Source: Alphaproteobacteria bacterium RIFCSPLOWO2_01_FULL_40_26 (GTDB lineage: Bacteria > Pseudomonadota > Alphaproteobacteria > Rickettsiales > UBA1997). Taken from it: a DNA stretch of 58,393 nt. Both the position numbers and the translations under genes were made by a program. The stretch spans positions 50,647 through 109,039 of the forward strand of contig MEMO01000031.1 of the NCBI GenBank assembly GCA_001767955.1, in the 5' to 3' direction. The notes under the pieces are model-generated. The model saw nothing but the letters and a program-made list of their open reading frames with translations. It made no database searches and was not told the DNA's origin. Shown here in pieces: positions 8,434-17,521 of the stretch. Each line of letters opens with the position of its first letter. Positions within the stretch are counted from its first letter, which is position 1.

Positions 8434-8601
8434 TCTAGAGCCTGTTTTCAAACCCACCACATTTCGCTTTTGCCCAAATTTTGGCTCGTTTTTTGGCAAA
8501 ATTTTTTGCAGTATGCCAGATACAGCGGCAAAATTTTGCCAAAAAGTCGCACAAAATTTGGGCAAAATCGAAACGCGCTGGGTTTGAAAACAGGCTCTAA
8601 A
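8434..8601. repeat. Family A palindromic element (~168 bp), copy A2 (apex in opposite orientation)
   Basis: tctagagcctgttttcaaaccc ... gggtttgaaaacaggctctaaa, with inner ttggcaaaatttt / aaaattttgccaa and apex gcagtatgccagatacagcggc. It is nearly identical in design to 31714-31879. Confidence 0.9.
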
Positions 8602-8643
8602 AAATCTGAACCCTTGATTTACAAGGACTCCTCGAATTTAAAA

Positions 8644-8799
8644 ATGGTAAGAAATAGAAATTTGCGACAGTCGGGAAAAGGTTTTTGTTTTATTTTATTA
8701 TCACTTTTTCTTTTGAACTCCTGCGGCAGAAAAGGCGCTCTTGAATATCCAGGCGAACGTAAGCAGCCTAAATTTGAGAATGTGATTGATGAGAGTTAG
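8644..8799 (+). CDS. Small lipoprotein, LptM/YifL-like
   Basis: 51 aa. ..FILLSLFLLNSCGRKGALEYPGE.. resembles the L.GCG.KGPLY.P signature of the small lipoprotein commonly found downstream of argH. The 80 upstream codons of the track ORF (8404-8643) are a translation of repeat A2. Confidence 0.5.
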   Translation: MVRNRNLRQSGKGFCFILLSLFLLNSCGRKGALEYPGERKQPKFENVIDES

Positions 8800-8806
8800 A
8801 ACCTGT

Positions 8807-9703
8807 CTAAAATTTAACTGAATATTTCTTGCTCAAATAAGCTTCAACATCATCAATTTCTGACTGTCTCAAGGCGCGGTCAAAGATGATTAATTCAGAA
8901 AATTGGCCATCGAATTTTCTAGCGGTTAAAGAATCAAAAAGTGTGCCGATGACTAGCTGTAAACTAGCTTTATCAAAAGAGCCGGCACTTGCCGATGCCT
9001 GATTAATCTCAACTGCGTTATTTAGCCATAACGTTGCTCCCACTGTATAATTTCTTACATAAGAAAATATGTAGTCCTTTTTAGCCACAATATCAGAGCT
9101 GCTAACATTAGAGTTACCTCCGCTTGCTCCAGTTGGACCTCTGTGCAAAGCTCTAAATTTCGGGGTAGAGGAGTTAATTTGAAGATTAATACCATGTTCT
9201 CCACTTTCGTTTGTCCAATTTGAATCATTATCATAAAAGGCCCCCAACAGCGCAGACTCTGAAACGGTATCTGGTTTAAAAACCATAAAAATAGTATAGC
9301 TTGGCGAAGAAAAATAAATGTCTTTGCCATACAAAGGAGTTCCGGTCGAGCCGGAAAACTTGATTGATGGAATGCCTCCGATGCCTTCAGCAAGATAGGT
9401 TGGCCTGTTTCCCGATGAATCCTGAGAAAGATTAATTTTGTAAGAAGATTGAGGATTGATATCGTTCCATTTTGCCACCGCATCGCCATTTCCGAGATCG
9501 GAATCAAAGCTCGATTCAAGAGTTGGCTCAACCCACAAGATCAAATCTTTGATTGAATTAACTGGAGAACTTTGGGTTAATGATCTTGCCGAATTTAGGC
9601 GCATTTGCTTAACCAACCTGCTGCTTTGAGTAACGCCGGCAATGAGAATTCCGATAATTAAAATTACGATAGAAAGTTCGATTAAAGAAAAAGCGCGTTT
9701 CAT
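8807..9703 (-). CDS. Prepilin-type N-terminal methylation-domain protein with a C-terminal LamG/concanavalin-like domain
   Basis: MKRA|FSLIELSIVILIIGILIAG is a class III signal with Glu5. The C-terminal ..FDGQFSELIIFDRALRQSEIDDVEAYLSKKY is typical of LamG-type domains. It is a paralog of 48401-49291. Confidence 0.75.
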   Translation of the reverse strand: MKRAFSLIELSIVILIIGILIAGVTQSSRLVKQMRLNSARSLTQSSPVNSIKDLILWVEPTLESSFDSDLGNGDAVAKWNDINPQSSYKINLSQDSSGNRPTYLAEGIGGIPSIKFSGSTGTPLYGKDIYFSSPSYTIFMVFKPDTVSESALLGAFYDNDSNWTNESGEHGINLQINSSTPKFRALHRGPTGASGGNSNVSSSDIVAKKDYIFSYVRNYTVGATLWLNNAVEINQASASAGSFDKASLQLVIGTLFDSLTARKFDGQFSELIIFDRALRQSEIDDVEAYLSKKYSVKF

Positions 9704-9708
9704 GGTTT

Positions 9709-10323
9709 TTAAATTATTTTTTGAATTATTTGGTCAACCTTCTTACTAAAGCTTAACTTTGATAGCCTCTGATTATTATATAAAACAAAGTCAGATTCCG
9801 TGATTCGTTTCACATCAGGAAGTTGATTCGAAATAATTTGTTTAAATTTTTTTTCTAAATCGGAAATTTTTTGACACAAATCTTTTTTTCTTTCTCTGTT
9901 CAAAAAGCGTTCCTTACACAAATATTTTGGCGCTATTATTGCAACAACATAATCATATTTATAACCTTTGGTTTCCAAGAGAAGAGGAATATTAAGAACC
10001 ACAAGATTTGTCTTTTTTTTACGGCAATCTTGCAAAAATTTTTGATAATTTTTTCTAACCTGTGGATGAATAATTCTTTCAAGAATTTTTAATTTTTTTT
10101 CATCGGCAAAAACGATTTTTCCTAAAATTTTCCGATCAATTTCCTCTTTAATAAAACTTTCAGGAAAAATTTTTTTAACCTTTGAAATCGTTGATTTGTC
10201 TGAATCCAGCAATCTATGAACTTCCTTATCCGCATCAAAAATAACCGCTCCCTTTTGCGCAAAAATTTCAGCAACAAAATTTTTTCCGGAGGCAACTCCG
10301 CCGGTAAGTCCGATTATTTTCAT
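9709..10323 (-). CDS. coaE: Dephospho-CoA kinase
   Basis: 204 aa. The N-terminal IGLTGGVASGKN P-loop and the length fit CoaE. Confidence 0.85.
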   Translation of the reverse strand: MKIIGLTGGVASGKNFVAEIFAQKGAVIFDADKEVHRLLDSDKSTISKVKKIFPESFIKEEIDRKILGKIVFADEKKLKILERIIHPQVRKNYQKFLQDCRKKKTNLVVLNIPLLLETKGYKYDYVVAIIAPKYLCKERFLNRERKKDLCQKISDLEKKFKQIISNQLPDVKRITESDFVLYNNQRLSKLSFSKKVDQIIQKII

Positions 10324-11765
10324 TAATTCAGTTCTTCAGGAATTTTTACTTGGCAAAATTCCAGATTTTTACGCAGATTTTCTTTCAGTTTTTCCAGGTT
10401 TTTTTGTGAATTTGCCTCACATCTTGCCACTAAAACCGACTGGGTATTGGAGGCACGAATCAGCCACCAACCTTTATCTGTTGTGGCGCGAATGCCATCA
10501 ACATCGTTAAATTCCAAGCCGGATTTCTTGAGGTTATGTTTTAGATCATCAACGATTTTAAATTTTTTTTCTTCGTCGCATTCGATACGAATTTCCGGAG
10601 TGGAAAAAGTTTTCGGTAAAGATTTCCTCATATGAGCAAGAGAAAATTTTGAATTCTCAACAATGTCAATCAAGCGCACTGCGGCATAAAGCGCATCGTC
10701 AAAACCGTAATATTTATCAGCAAAAAATATGTGCCCCGACATTTCTCCGGCAAGGACTGCGCCGGTTTCCTTCATTTTGGCTTTGACAAAAGAATGACCG
10801 GTTTTCCACATCAAGGGATTGCCACCGGCTTTTGCTATTTCATCAAATAAAACATTGCTGGCTTTGACGTCGGCGATGATGGTTGCGCCTTTCTTTTCTT
10901 TCAAAATTTCACGAGCATAAAATACCATCAACTGATCACCAAAAATAATTTCACCTTCATTATCGACCACGCCAATGCGATCACCATCGCCATCAAAGGC
11001 GATTCCCAGATCGCAATTTTCTTCTTTCACAATTCCAATCAAATCCTGCAAATTTTTTGGCATTGTTGGATCGGGATGATGGTTGGGAAAATTGCCGTTA
11101 ATTTCTTCATAAAGCAGAATATGGTTGGCGGCAATTCTCTCGCTTAATTTTTTCATAATCACGCCAGCGGCACCATTGCCGTTATCCCAGGCAATTTTTA
11201 ATTTTTTCTTTGGCGTAAATTCATCGAGATCATCAAGCAGCGGGCTTTCACTTTCAGCCAAAACACAATTGGATAAAATGCGTTCAATATAATCTTCGCT
11301 AATATCGTGATTTTGTAGACTGCTTTCCCCCTTCACAGAGTCTTTCACAAAATCACCTTTTTTAGCAATTTCAGCGAGGTTTTTAATATCATCGCCAAAA
11401 AATGGGCGCTCTCTTAAAAGCATTTTAAAACCATTATGATCCTTGGGATTGTGCGATCCGGTGACCATGATTCCGGCATCAAGATCCAGATGATAAACCG
11501 AAAAATACAGCATCGGTGTTGGCCCCAAACCAACATCAAAAACTTCCAAACCGCAATCAAGCAAACCCTGAATCAGGCGCTCTTTTAGTATCGGCGAACT
11601 GATTCTGCCATCGCAAGCAACGGAAATTTTTTTCTTGTGATTTTGCCGCAAAAAACTGCCGAAAGATTTGCCGACAAAAAATGCGTCATTGTCAAACAGA
11701 GTTTCGTTGTAAACGCCGCGAATGTCATAGGCGCGGATGATTGAGGAATGAAAATTATGTTTCAT
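10323..11765 (-). CDS. Phosphomannomutase/phosphoglucomutase (alpha-D-phosphohexomutase)
   Basis: 480 aa. Active-site loop [14 protein letters not shown], Mg site FDGDGDR, sugar loop GEMSGH. Confidence 0.9.
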   Translation of the reverse strand: MKHNFHSSIIRAYDIRGVYNETLFDNDAFFVGKSFGSFLRQNHKKKISVACDGRISSPILKERLIQGLLDCGLEVFDVGLGPTPMLYFSVYHLDLDAGIMVTGSHNPKDHNGFKMLLRERPFFGDDIKNLAEIAKKGDFVKDSVKGESSLQNHDISEDYIERILSNCVLAESESPLLDDLDEFTPKKKLKIAWDNGNGAAGVIMKKLSERIAANHILLYEEINGNFPNHHPDPTMPKNLQDLIGIVKEENCDLGIAFDGDGDRIGVVDNEGEIIFGDQLMVFYAREILKEKKGATIIADVKASNVLFDEIAKAGGNPLMWKTGHSFVKAKMKETGAVLAGEMSGHIFFADKYYGFDDALYAAVRLIDIVENSKFSLAHMRKSLPKTFSTPEIRIECDEEKKFKIVDDLKHNLKKSGLEFNDVDGIRATTDKGWWLIRASNTQSVLVARCEANSQKNLEKLKENLRKNLEFCQVKIPEELN

Positions 11766-12538
11766 GAAATTTTTCCGGTTATTGGCGATGAGGGGGAGGC
11801 GAATTTTTTCTTTTCCATACGACCGGCGAGATAAGCGGCGCGGCCGGCTTCAATGGCAAGTTTCATGGCTTTTGCCATTAACACCGGATTTTGCGCTTTG
11901 GCAATTGCAGTGTTCATGAGAACTCCATCACAACCAAGTTCCATAGCAATTGCGGCATCGGATGCGGTGCCAACTCCGGCATCAACTAAAACCGGAACTT
12001 TTGATTGTTCGACGATAAATTCGATATTGAGGCGATTTTGTATTCCAAGACCAGAACCAATCGGAGCCGCAAGCGGCATGATGGCGCAACAACCAACATC
12101 TTCCAGTTCTTTGGCAATAATTGGATCGTCGGATGTATAAACCATGACTTCAAAACCTTCTTTAACCAGCAATTCCGCGGCTTTGATAGTTTCAACAACT
12201 TTTGGATAGAGTGTTTTTTCATCAGCCAAAACTTCCAGTTTCACCAAATTCCAACCACCGGCGGCACGCGCCAAACGCAAAGTGCGCACAGCATCTTCAG
12301 CGGTGAAACATCCGGCAGTGTTGGGAAGATAGGTATATTTTTTAGGATCGAGAAAATCCTGCAACATTGGCTCACCCTTGTTTTCAATATTAACGCGGCG
12401 CACCGCAACTGTCACAATCTCTGCGCCAGAAGCTTCGATTGCTGATGCTGTTTCTTGAAAATCTTTGTATTTGCCAGTGCCAACGAGGAGACGGGAGGTA
12501 AAAGTGCGACCGGCAATTTGAAGTGGATCTTTGTTCAT
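11762..12538 (-). CDS. thiG: Thiazole synthase
   Basis: 258 aa. ..[10 protein letters not shown].., [56 protein letters not shown]. It overlaps both neighbours by 4 nt. Confidence 0.9.
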   Translation of the reverse strand: MNKDPLQIAGRTFTSRLLVGTGKYKDFQETASAIEASGAEIVTVAVRRVNIENKGEPMLQDFLDPKKYTYLPNTAGCFTAEDAVRTLRLARAAGGWNLVKLEVLADEKTLYPKVVETIKAAELLVKEGFEVMVYTSDDPIIAKELEDVGCCAIMPLAAPIGSGLGIQNRLNIEFIVEQSKVPVLVDAGVGTASDAAIAMELGCDGVLMNTAIAKAQNPVLMAKAMKLAIEAGRAAYLAGRMEKKKFASPSSPITGKIS

Positions 12539-13287
12539 CCGCCAAATTTATCAGAAAAAACCGTGATTAGGAAAAGAACTGTTGGCGCAACTAGCATCAT
12601 GCCATCCAAACGATCAAGCACGCCACCATGTCCGGGAATGATATTGCCACTGTCTTTAACGCCGCAAATGCGCTTAAACTTTGATTCGAGCAAATCGCTT
12701 GCCTGTTCAATAACGGCTAAAAAAGCGCTGATAAAAACAAAAAACAATACTCCACCGGCAAACATGAATGAGCTCATAAAACCAATCAGCATGCTGGCAA
12801 CAACACCGCCAGCGAGGCCAGACCAGGTTTTGTTCGGACTGATTGTAGGAGCAAGCTTGGCGCCGCCAAGACTTTTGCCGGCAAAAAAGGCAAAAATGTC
12901 GGTAGCCCAGATCACAGCAAACATCCAAAATAAAATATCGGCGTCATAAAGGCGGATTTTAATCACGGCATAAATGGGGAAAAGAATGTAGAAAAAACCG
13001 ATGATACGCCATTTTTTCTGATCGCTTTGGTTTTTGATCATATCAAGCCACTCGGAACTCATCATAATTGCAACGGCGATGGCAAGAAAGATAAAAAAAC
13101 CTTTGGAATAAAAAATCGCATAAAGCGCAATTGGAACCAGAATCAGCGCGCTAACAACACGTTGTTTGGTGTTTTCACGCGGATCGAGAAAATGAACATG
13201 GGAGATAATTTTGTTGAAACATCTAACCGCAAAATCCAGCGGTTTCTCAAAGATATTTTTTAATTTTTTTAGCTTATCTTGCACCAT
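12535..13287 (-). CDS. cdsA: Phosphatidate cytidylyltransferase
   Basis: 250 aa membrane protein with the C-terminal signature [17 protein letters not shown]. Confidence 0.9.
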   Translation of the reverse strand: MVQDKLKKLKNIFEKPLDFAVRCFNKIISHVHFLDPRENTKQRVVSALILVPIALYAIFYSKGFFIFLAIAVAIMMSSEWLDMIKNQSDQKKWRIIGFFYILFPIYAVIKIRLYDADILFWMFAVIWATDIFAFFAGKSLGGAKLAPTISPNKTWSGLAGGVVASMLIGFMSSFMFAGGVLFFVFISAFLAVIEQASDLLESKFKRICGVKDSGNIIPGHGGVLDRLDGMMLVAPTVLFLITVFSDKFGG

Positions 13288-14011
13288 AACGCCTCTCTCT
13301 TTGGTTAAAATTTTTTATTGCCGCAAGCAAATGTTTTTTGCTGAAATCTGGCCAATAAACTTCGGTAAAATAAAGTTCGCTATAAGCCAATTGCCACAGT
13401 AAAAAATTGCTGATTCTAAACTCGCCCGAAGTTCTGATCAAAAGATCGGGATCTGGAATTTTTGGCGGAATTTCCGGCTGATAAAGATTTGCGGCAAAGA
13501 ACTTTTCGTCAATTGCGTCAACGCTAATTTCACCTTTACTAACCGCAAGAGCTATTTTCTTTGCGGCATCAATGATTTCCTGCCTTGCGCCATATGAAAA
13601 AGCCACATTCAAAGTAAGACCAAAATTGTTTTTTGTCATATTTTGAATGTGATTAATTTTTTCTTTTAGCTTCACGGAAAGTTTTTCCAGATTGCCTGAA
13701 ATGACGATTCTAATATTTTTTTCCATCAAAGGTTTGGTTTCTTTTTCAAGATATTCCCCAAGCAGATTCATCAAATAATTTACTTCATCTTTGGGACGAT
13801 TCCAATTCTCGGAAGAAAAAGCATAGACGGTGAGAAATTTTACTCCAATTTCAAGACAGTTTTCAGAAATTTTGCGCAGATTTTCAGCGCCGGTTTTATG
13901 GCCAATCTGCAATGGTAATCCTTTTGATCTCGCCCATCTGGCATTGCCATCCATGATGATGGCTATGTGTTGCGGAATTTTTATTTTTTTTCTGCCGCAA
14001 AAAAACATCAA
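13274..14011 (-). CDS. uppS: Undecaprenyl diphosphate synthase
   Basis: HIAIIMDGNARWA, FSSENWNRP, RTSGEFRISNFLLWQ. Confidence 0.92.
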   Translation of the reverse strand: MMFFCGRKKIKIPQHIAIIMDGNARWARSKGLPLQIGHKTGAENLRKISENCLEIGVKFLTVYAFSSENWNRPKDEVNYLMNLLGEYLEKETKPLMEKNIRIVISGNLEKLSVKLKEKINHIQNMTKNNFGLTLNVAFSYGARQEIIDAAKKIALAVSKGEISVDAIDEKFFAANLYQPEIPPKIPDPDLLIRTSGEFRISNFLLWQLAYSELYFTEVYWPDFSKKHLLAAIKNFNQRERRYGAR

Positions 14012-14559
14012 ATCTTCATTAAATCCTTTTCTTTTGCCGCAACCGCATCATCAGTTTTTTTTACAAATTCATCAGTGATTTTTTGCACAATATCGGTGAA
14101 GGAATGGATTTGATCTTTGCCAATTTCCTTTTCGTGTTTTTTGAATTCGTCGAGAATGTCGCGACGGATATTGCGTAAAGCGATTTTTTTATCTTCACCA
14201 TATTTCTTCGCCAATTTTGCCAATTCATGGCGGCGTTCTTCACTCAATTTGGGAATTGCAATACGCAAAACCATGCCATCAACGGTTGGGTTAAAACCGA
14301 GATTAGAATTGATGATGGCCTTTTCCACCGCTTTCACATTTTCACGATCCCAAACCTGGATTGAGAGAGTTGTGGACTCTGGAACAGAAATTGAAGCAAG
14401 TTGTGAAATAGGCATAAAAGTGCCATAGACTTCAACCTTAATCGCATCGAGTAAATTTGGATTAGCGCGTCCGGTGGAAATGGAATCGAGATCGCGCTTA
14501 AGCGAACTCATGGTTTCTTCCATTTTGTGGCGCGCTTTGTTAGCTAAATCATTAATCAT
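14008..14559 (-). CDS. frr: Ribosome recycling factor
   Basis: 183 aa. ..[14 protein letters not shown]...P..Q.A.I.. pattern and conserved synteny pyrH-frr-uppS. Confidence 0.92.
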   Translation of the reverse strand: MINDLANKARHKMEETMSSLKRDLDSISTGRANPNLLDAIKVEVYGTFMPISQLASISVPESTTLSIQVWDRENVKAVEKAIINSNLGFNPTVDGMVLRIAIPKLSEERRHELAKLAKKYGEDKKIALRNIRRDILDEFKKHEKEIGKDQIHSFTDIVQKITDEFVKKTDDAVAAKEKDLMKI

Positions 14560-15281
14560 AAGCTGATAATTGTAAATTTACCTCTGCCGACAACCACTTC
14601 CTGCAATGCATTTTCTTCTTTGATTGAGAAAACCACGATGGGAAGTTTATTGTCTTTGGCAAGAGTGATGGCGGTTTGATCCATAACGCGCAAATCCTGT
14701 TTGATTACGTCAAGATATTTCATTTTTTCATAACGAGTGGCGTTTTTGTCAAGTTTGGGATCGGCCGAATAAACACCATCAACTTGAGTGCCTTTCAAAA
14801 TGGCATCGCAATTCATTTCAATTGCGCGAAGCACAGCTGCAGTATCGGTGGTAAAAAATGGATTACCGGTTCCGGCAGAAAAAATTACCACACGATTTTT
14901 ATCGAGATGACGCGCGGCGCGGCGTTTGATGTAAGGCTCACAAACGCTGTTCATATGAATTGCCGAAAGCATACGCGTATCAACATCACTTTTTTCAAGA
15001 GCGCTTTGCAATGCGAGCCCATTAATGCAGGTGGCGAGCATGCCCATATAATCAGCGGTCACTCTTTCCATACCTTCTGCGGCTTTGGAAACACCGCGGA
15101 AAATATTGCCGCCGCCAACGACAACGCAGATTTCACAGCCAAGTTTGTGAGCAGAAATTATTTGATTGCAGATTTTGGTAATTGCTTTGGTGTCATGTCC
15201 GAAAGGCTGATCTCCCATCAAAGCTTCACCGGAAACTTTGAAGAGAACGCGCTTAAACTTTAAACCGGACTTGTCTGGCAT
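14556..15281 (-). CDS. pyrH: UMP kinase
   Basis: 241 aa. [34 protein letters not shown]. Confidence 0.93.
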   Translation of the reverse strand: MPDKSGLKFKRVLFKVSGEALMGDQPFGHDTKAITKICNQIISAHKLGCEICVVVGGGNIFRGVSKAAEGMERVTADYMGMLATCINGLALQSALEKSDVDTRMLSAIHMNSVCEPYIKRRAARHLDKNRVVIFSAGTGNPFFTTDTAAVLRAIEMNCDAILKGTQVDGVYSADPKLDKNATRYEKMKYLDVIKQDLRVMDQTAITLAKDNKLPIVVFSIKEENALQEVVVGRGKFTIISL

Positions 15282-15283
15282 GA

Positions 15284-16189
15284 TTAATTTTTTGTCATTG
15301 ATGCCACTTCGGCGGCGAAATCATTTTCCTTTTTTTCAATGCCTTCTCCAAGAACAAAAAGTTTGAAAGCGGAAATTTTAGTTTCGCCATTTTCTTTGGA
15401 AAATTGTGCCAACAAATCTTTGATTTTAACTTTGTCATCCATGACAAAATTTTGCTCCAGCAACACCACTTCTTCGTGGTATTTTCTGATGCGTCCCTGA
15501 ATCATTTTTTCGATGATATTTTCTGGCTTGCCGGAAGCGCGCGCCTGCTCTTTAAAAATTTCGCTTTCACGCGCCAATTTCGCCGGATCAACATTTTCAA
15601 CCGAGAGAGCATCAGGCTTTGCCGCTGCGATATGCATCGCTATTTGTTTGCCAAATTCCTGTAATTTTTCTTGCGCAACTTCTTTCACAGCTGGCGATTC
15701 AAGCGCAACCAAAACGGCAATTTTGCCCATATTTTGAGCTATTGCATTGTGAATGTAGTTAACAATCACGCCATTGGAAACCGCAAGAGAAGCAATGCGG
15801 CGGATATTGATGTTTTCTCCAATAACGCCAATTTGAGCTTTTACCTCTTGATCTTTTTCTGCCTGAAATTTGGCAATATCATCGCCAAAAGCCAAAGCCT
15901 CTACGGAAATTTTAGTAACAAACTCCTGAAATTTTTGATTGCGCGCCACAAAATCGGTTTCGGAATTAACCTCAATTACAGCTGCTTTACCGCCTTCAAT
16001 TGCCACGGCGACAACACCTTCAGAAGTCACGCGTCCTGATTTTTTTGCTGCTGATGAAAGGCCTTTTTTACGCAGCCAGTCAACGGCTTGCTCAAAATCA
16101 CCGCCGGTTTCAGCCAGGGCTTTATTGCAATCAGCAATACCACAGCCGGTGGTTTCGCGTAGTTTTTTTATAAGAGATAGATTCGACAT
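15284..16189 (-). CDS. tsf: Elongation factor Ts
   Basis: 301 aa. [19 protein letters not shown]-like N-terminus and rpsB-tsf synteny. Confidence 0.93.
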   Translation of the reverse strand: MSNLSLIKKLRETTGCGIADCNKALAETGGDFEQAVDWLRKKGLSSAAKKSGRVTSEGVVAVAIEGGKAAVIEVNSETDFVARNQKFQEFVTKISVEALAFGDDIAKFQAEKDQEVKAQIGVIGENINIRRIASLAVSNGVIVNYIHNAIAQNMGKIAVLVALESPAVKEVAQEKLQEFGKQIAMHIAAAKPDALSVENVDPAKLARESEIFKEQARASGKPENIIEKMIQGRIRKYHEEVVLLEQNFVMDDKVKIKDLLAQFSKENGETKISAFKLFVLGEGIEKKENDFAAEVASMTKN

Positions 16190-16196
16190 GATTTAA

Positions 16197-16356
16197 GAAA
16201 CTGTTTATAATCTTTTTTAACCCCAGATTTTACCCTGTTTTTGCTTATTTTTTGACAAAATTACTCACCGTATTTCCAGATACGCTTCGTAATTTTGTCA
16301 AAAAAGCGCTAAAAACATGCTAAAATCTGGGGTTAAAAAAGATCATAAACAGTTTC
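16197..16356. repeat. Family A palindromic element (~160 bp), copy A4, occupying the rpsB-tsf intercistronic gap
   Basis: gaaactgtttataatcttttttaaccccagatttta ... taaaatctggggttaaaaaagatcataaacagtttc. Inner gacaaaattac / gtaattttgtc, apex ccgtatttccagatacg. The stems differ from A1-A3 but the architecture is the same. Confidence 0.9.
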
Positions 16357-17372
16357 TAAGATTTTGCAGCCTTTTTTGTCGGCTTTTTTGTTATCACTTT
16401 TACTGCCGGTTTTTCTTTTTCAGACTTTTTAGCGACTGATTTTTTGGCAGGTTTTTTATCTTCAGATTTTGCAATGGATTTTTTGACCGGCTTTTCTTCT
16501 TTTTGTTCTTCTTTTTGTTCTTCTTTTTGTTCTTCTTGTTGCTCTTCTTGTTCTTCATCTTCTTTTTTCTCTTCTTGTTGTTTCAGCGGTTTTTTTGCTT
16601 CTTCCTTTTTCAGATTACCAGCATTTGGCAATTCACCTTCACCAAATTTGCTAATATCAATACCAGACAAAGCCATGTTCTCCTTGATTCCGGCAATTAT
16701 GGCATCGGAAATCAGTCGACAAAAAATCTTGATTGATTTTGCTGAATCGTCATTTCCTGGAATCGGAAAAGTGATTCCATCAGGATTGCAATTGGTATCA
16801 AGAATGGCCATGATTGGAACATTAAGCTTTTTTGCTTCAGCAATGGCGATGGCTTCTTTGTTGGTGTCAATGACAAAAACCAAATCAGGATAGCCACCCA
16901 TATTTTTAATACCGCCTAGAGCCTGTTCGAGTTTTAGCCTTTGTCTTTCGAGCACCAACTTTTCTTTTTTGTTATAGCCAACTTCAGTGTCAGACAATTG
17001 TTCTTCGATTTTCTTCAGGGTTTTGATTGATTGCGAAACGGTTTTCCAGTTGGTGAGCATGCCTCCAAGCCAGCGGAAATTGACATAATATTGCCCACAT
17101 CTTTTCGCTGCTTCGGCAACGGCTTCAACAGCTTGTTTCTTGGTTGCAACAAAGAGAATACGGCCATTATTCTTGGCGATTTCTTTGACAATTTTTAACG
17201 CGTTATGAAGAAGATTTGCGGTTTTGTTGAGATCGATGATGCTGATACCGTTGCGGTTAGCATGGACATATTTCGCCATTTTGGGATTGCGACGCATGGT
17301 CTTGTGACCAAAATGCACTCCTGCTTCAAGCAATTGACGAATGGAAAAATTTGGAAGTTCGGTTTTTGACAT
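16356..17372 (-). CDS. rpsB: 30S ribosomal protein S2 with a ~85-aa Lys/Glu/Ala-rich C-terminal extension
   Basis: The N-terminal 250 aa are canonical S2 (LLEAGVHFGH.., WLGGMLTNW). The tail is ..EEQEEQQEEQKEEQKEEQKEEKPVKKSIAKSEDKKPAKKSVAKK.. and is encoded partly by a 12-nt tandem repeat (16494-16556). Confidence 0.93.
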   Translation of the reverse strand: MSKTELPNFSIRQLLEAGVHFGHKTMRRNPKMAKYVHANRNGISIIDLNKTANLLHNALKIVKEIAKNNGRILFVATKKQAVEAVAEAAKRCGQYYVNFRWLGGMLTNWKTVSQSIKTLKKIEEQLSDTEVGYNKKEKLVLERQRLKLEQALGGIKNMGGYPDLVFVIDTNKEAIAIAEAKKLNVPIMAILDTNCNPDGITFPIPGNDDSAKSIKIFCRLISDAIIAGIKENMALSGIDISKFGEGELPNAGNLKKEEAKKPLKQQEEKKEDEEQEEQQEEQKEEQKEEQKEEKPVKKSIAKSEDKKPAKKSVAKKSEKEKPAVKVITKKPTKKAAKS

Positions 17373-17521
17373 TTTTAAAAATTATTTGGTTAGTTACCAA
17401 AAGAAAGCTAATCAGCCCGCAAAACCTGTTTGCAAGCCAACACCAAATTGCTATCTTTTGTGAAATTAAAAAGAATTAAAAAGAGGAGGGGCGCGCTTTC
17501 TAAAAACTAACAAGGCAAAAA

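Noticed and set aside
8404-8643. The N-terminal 80 codons of track ORF 8404-8799.
   Set aside because: This part is a read-through translation of palindromic element A2. The same DNA occurs non-coding at 31714-31879. Only the C-terminal 51-aa lipoprotein-like part was kept.
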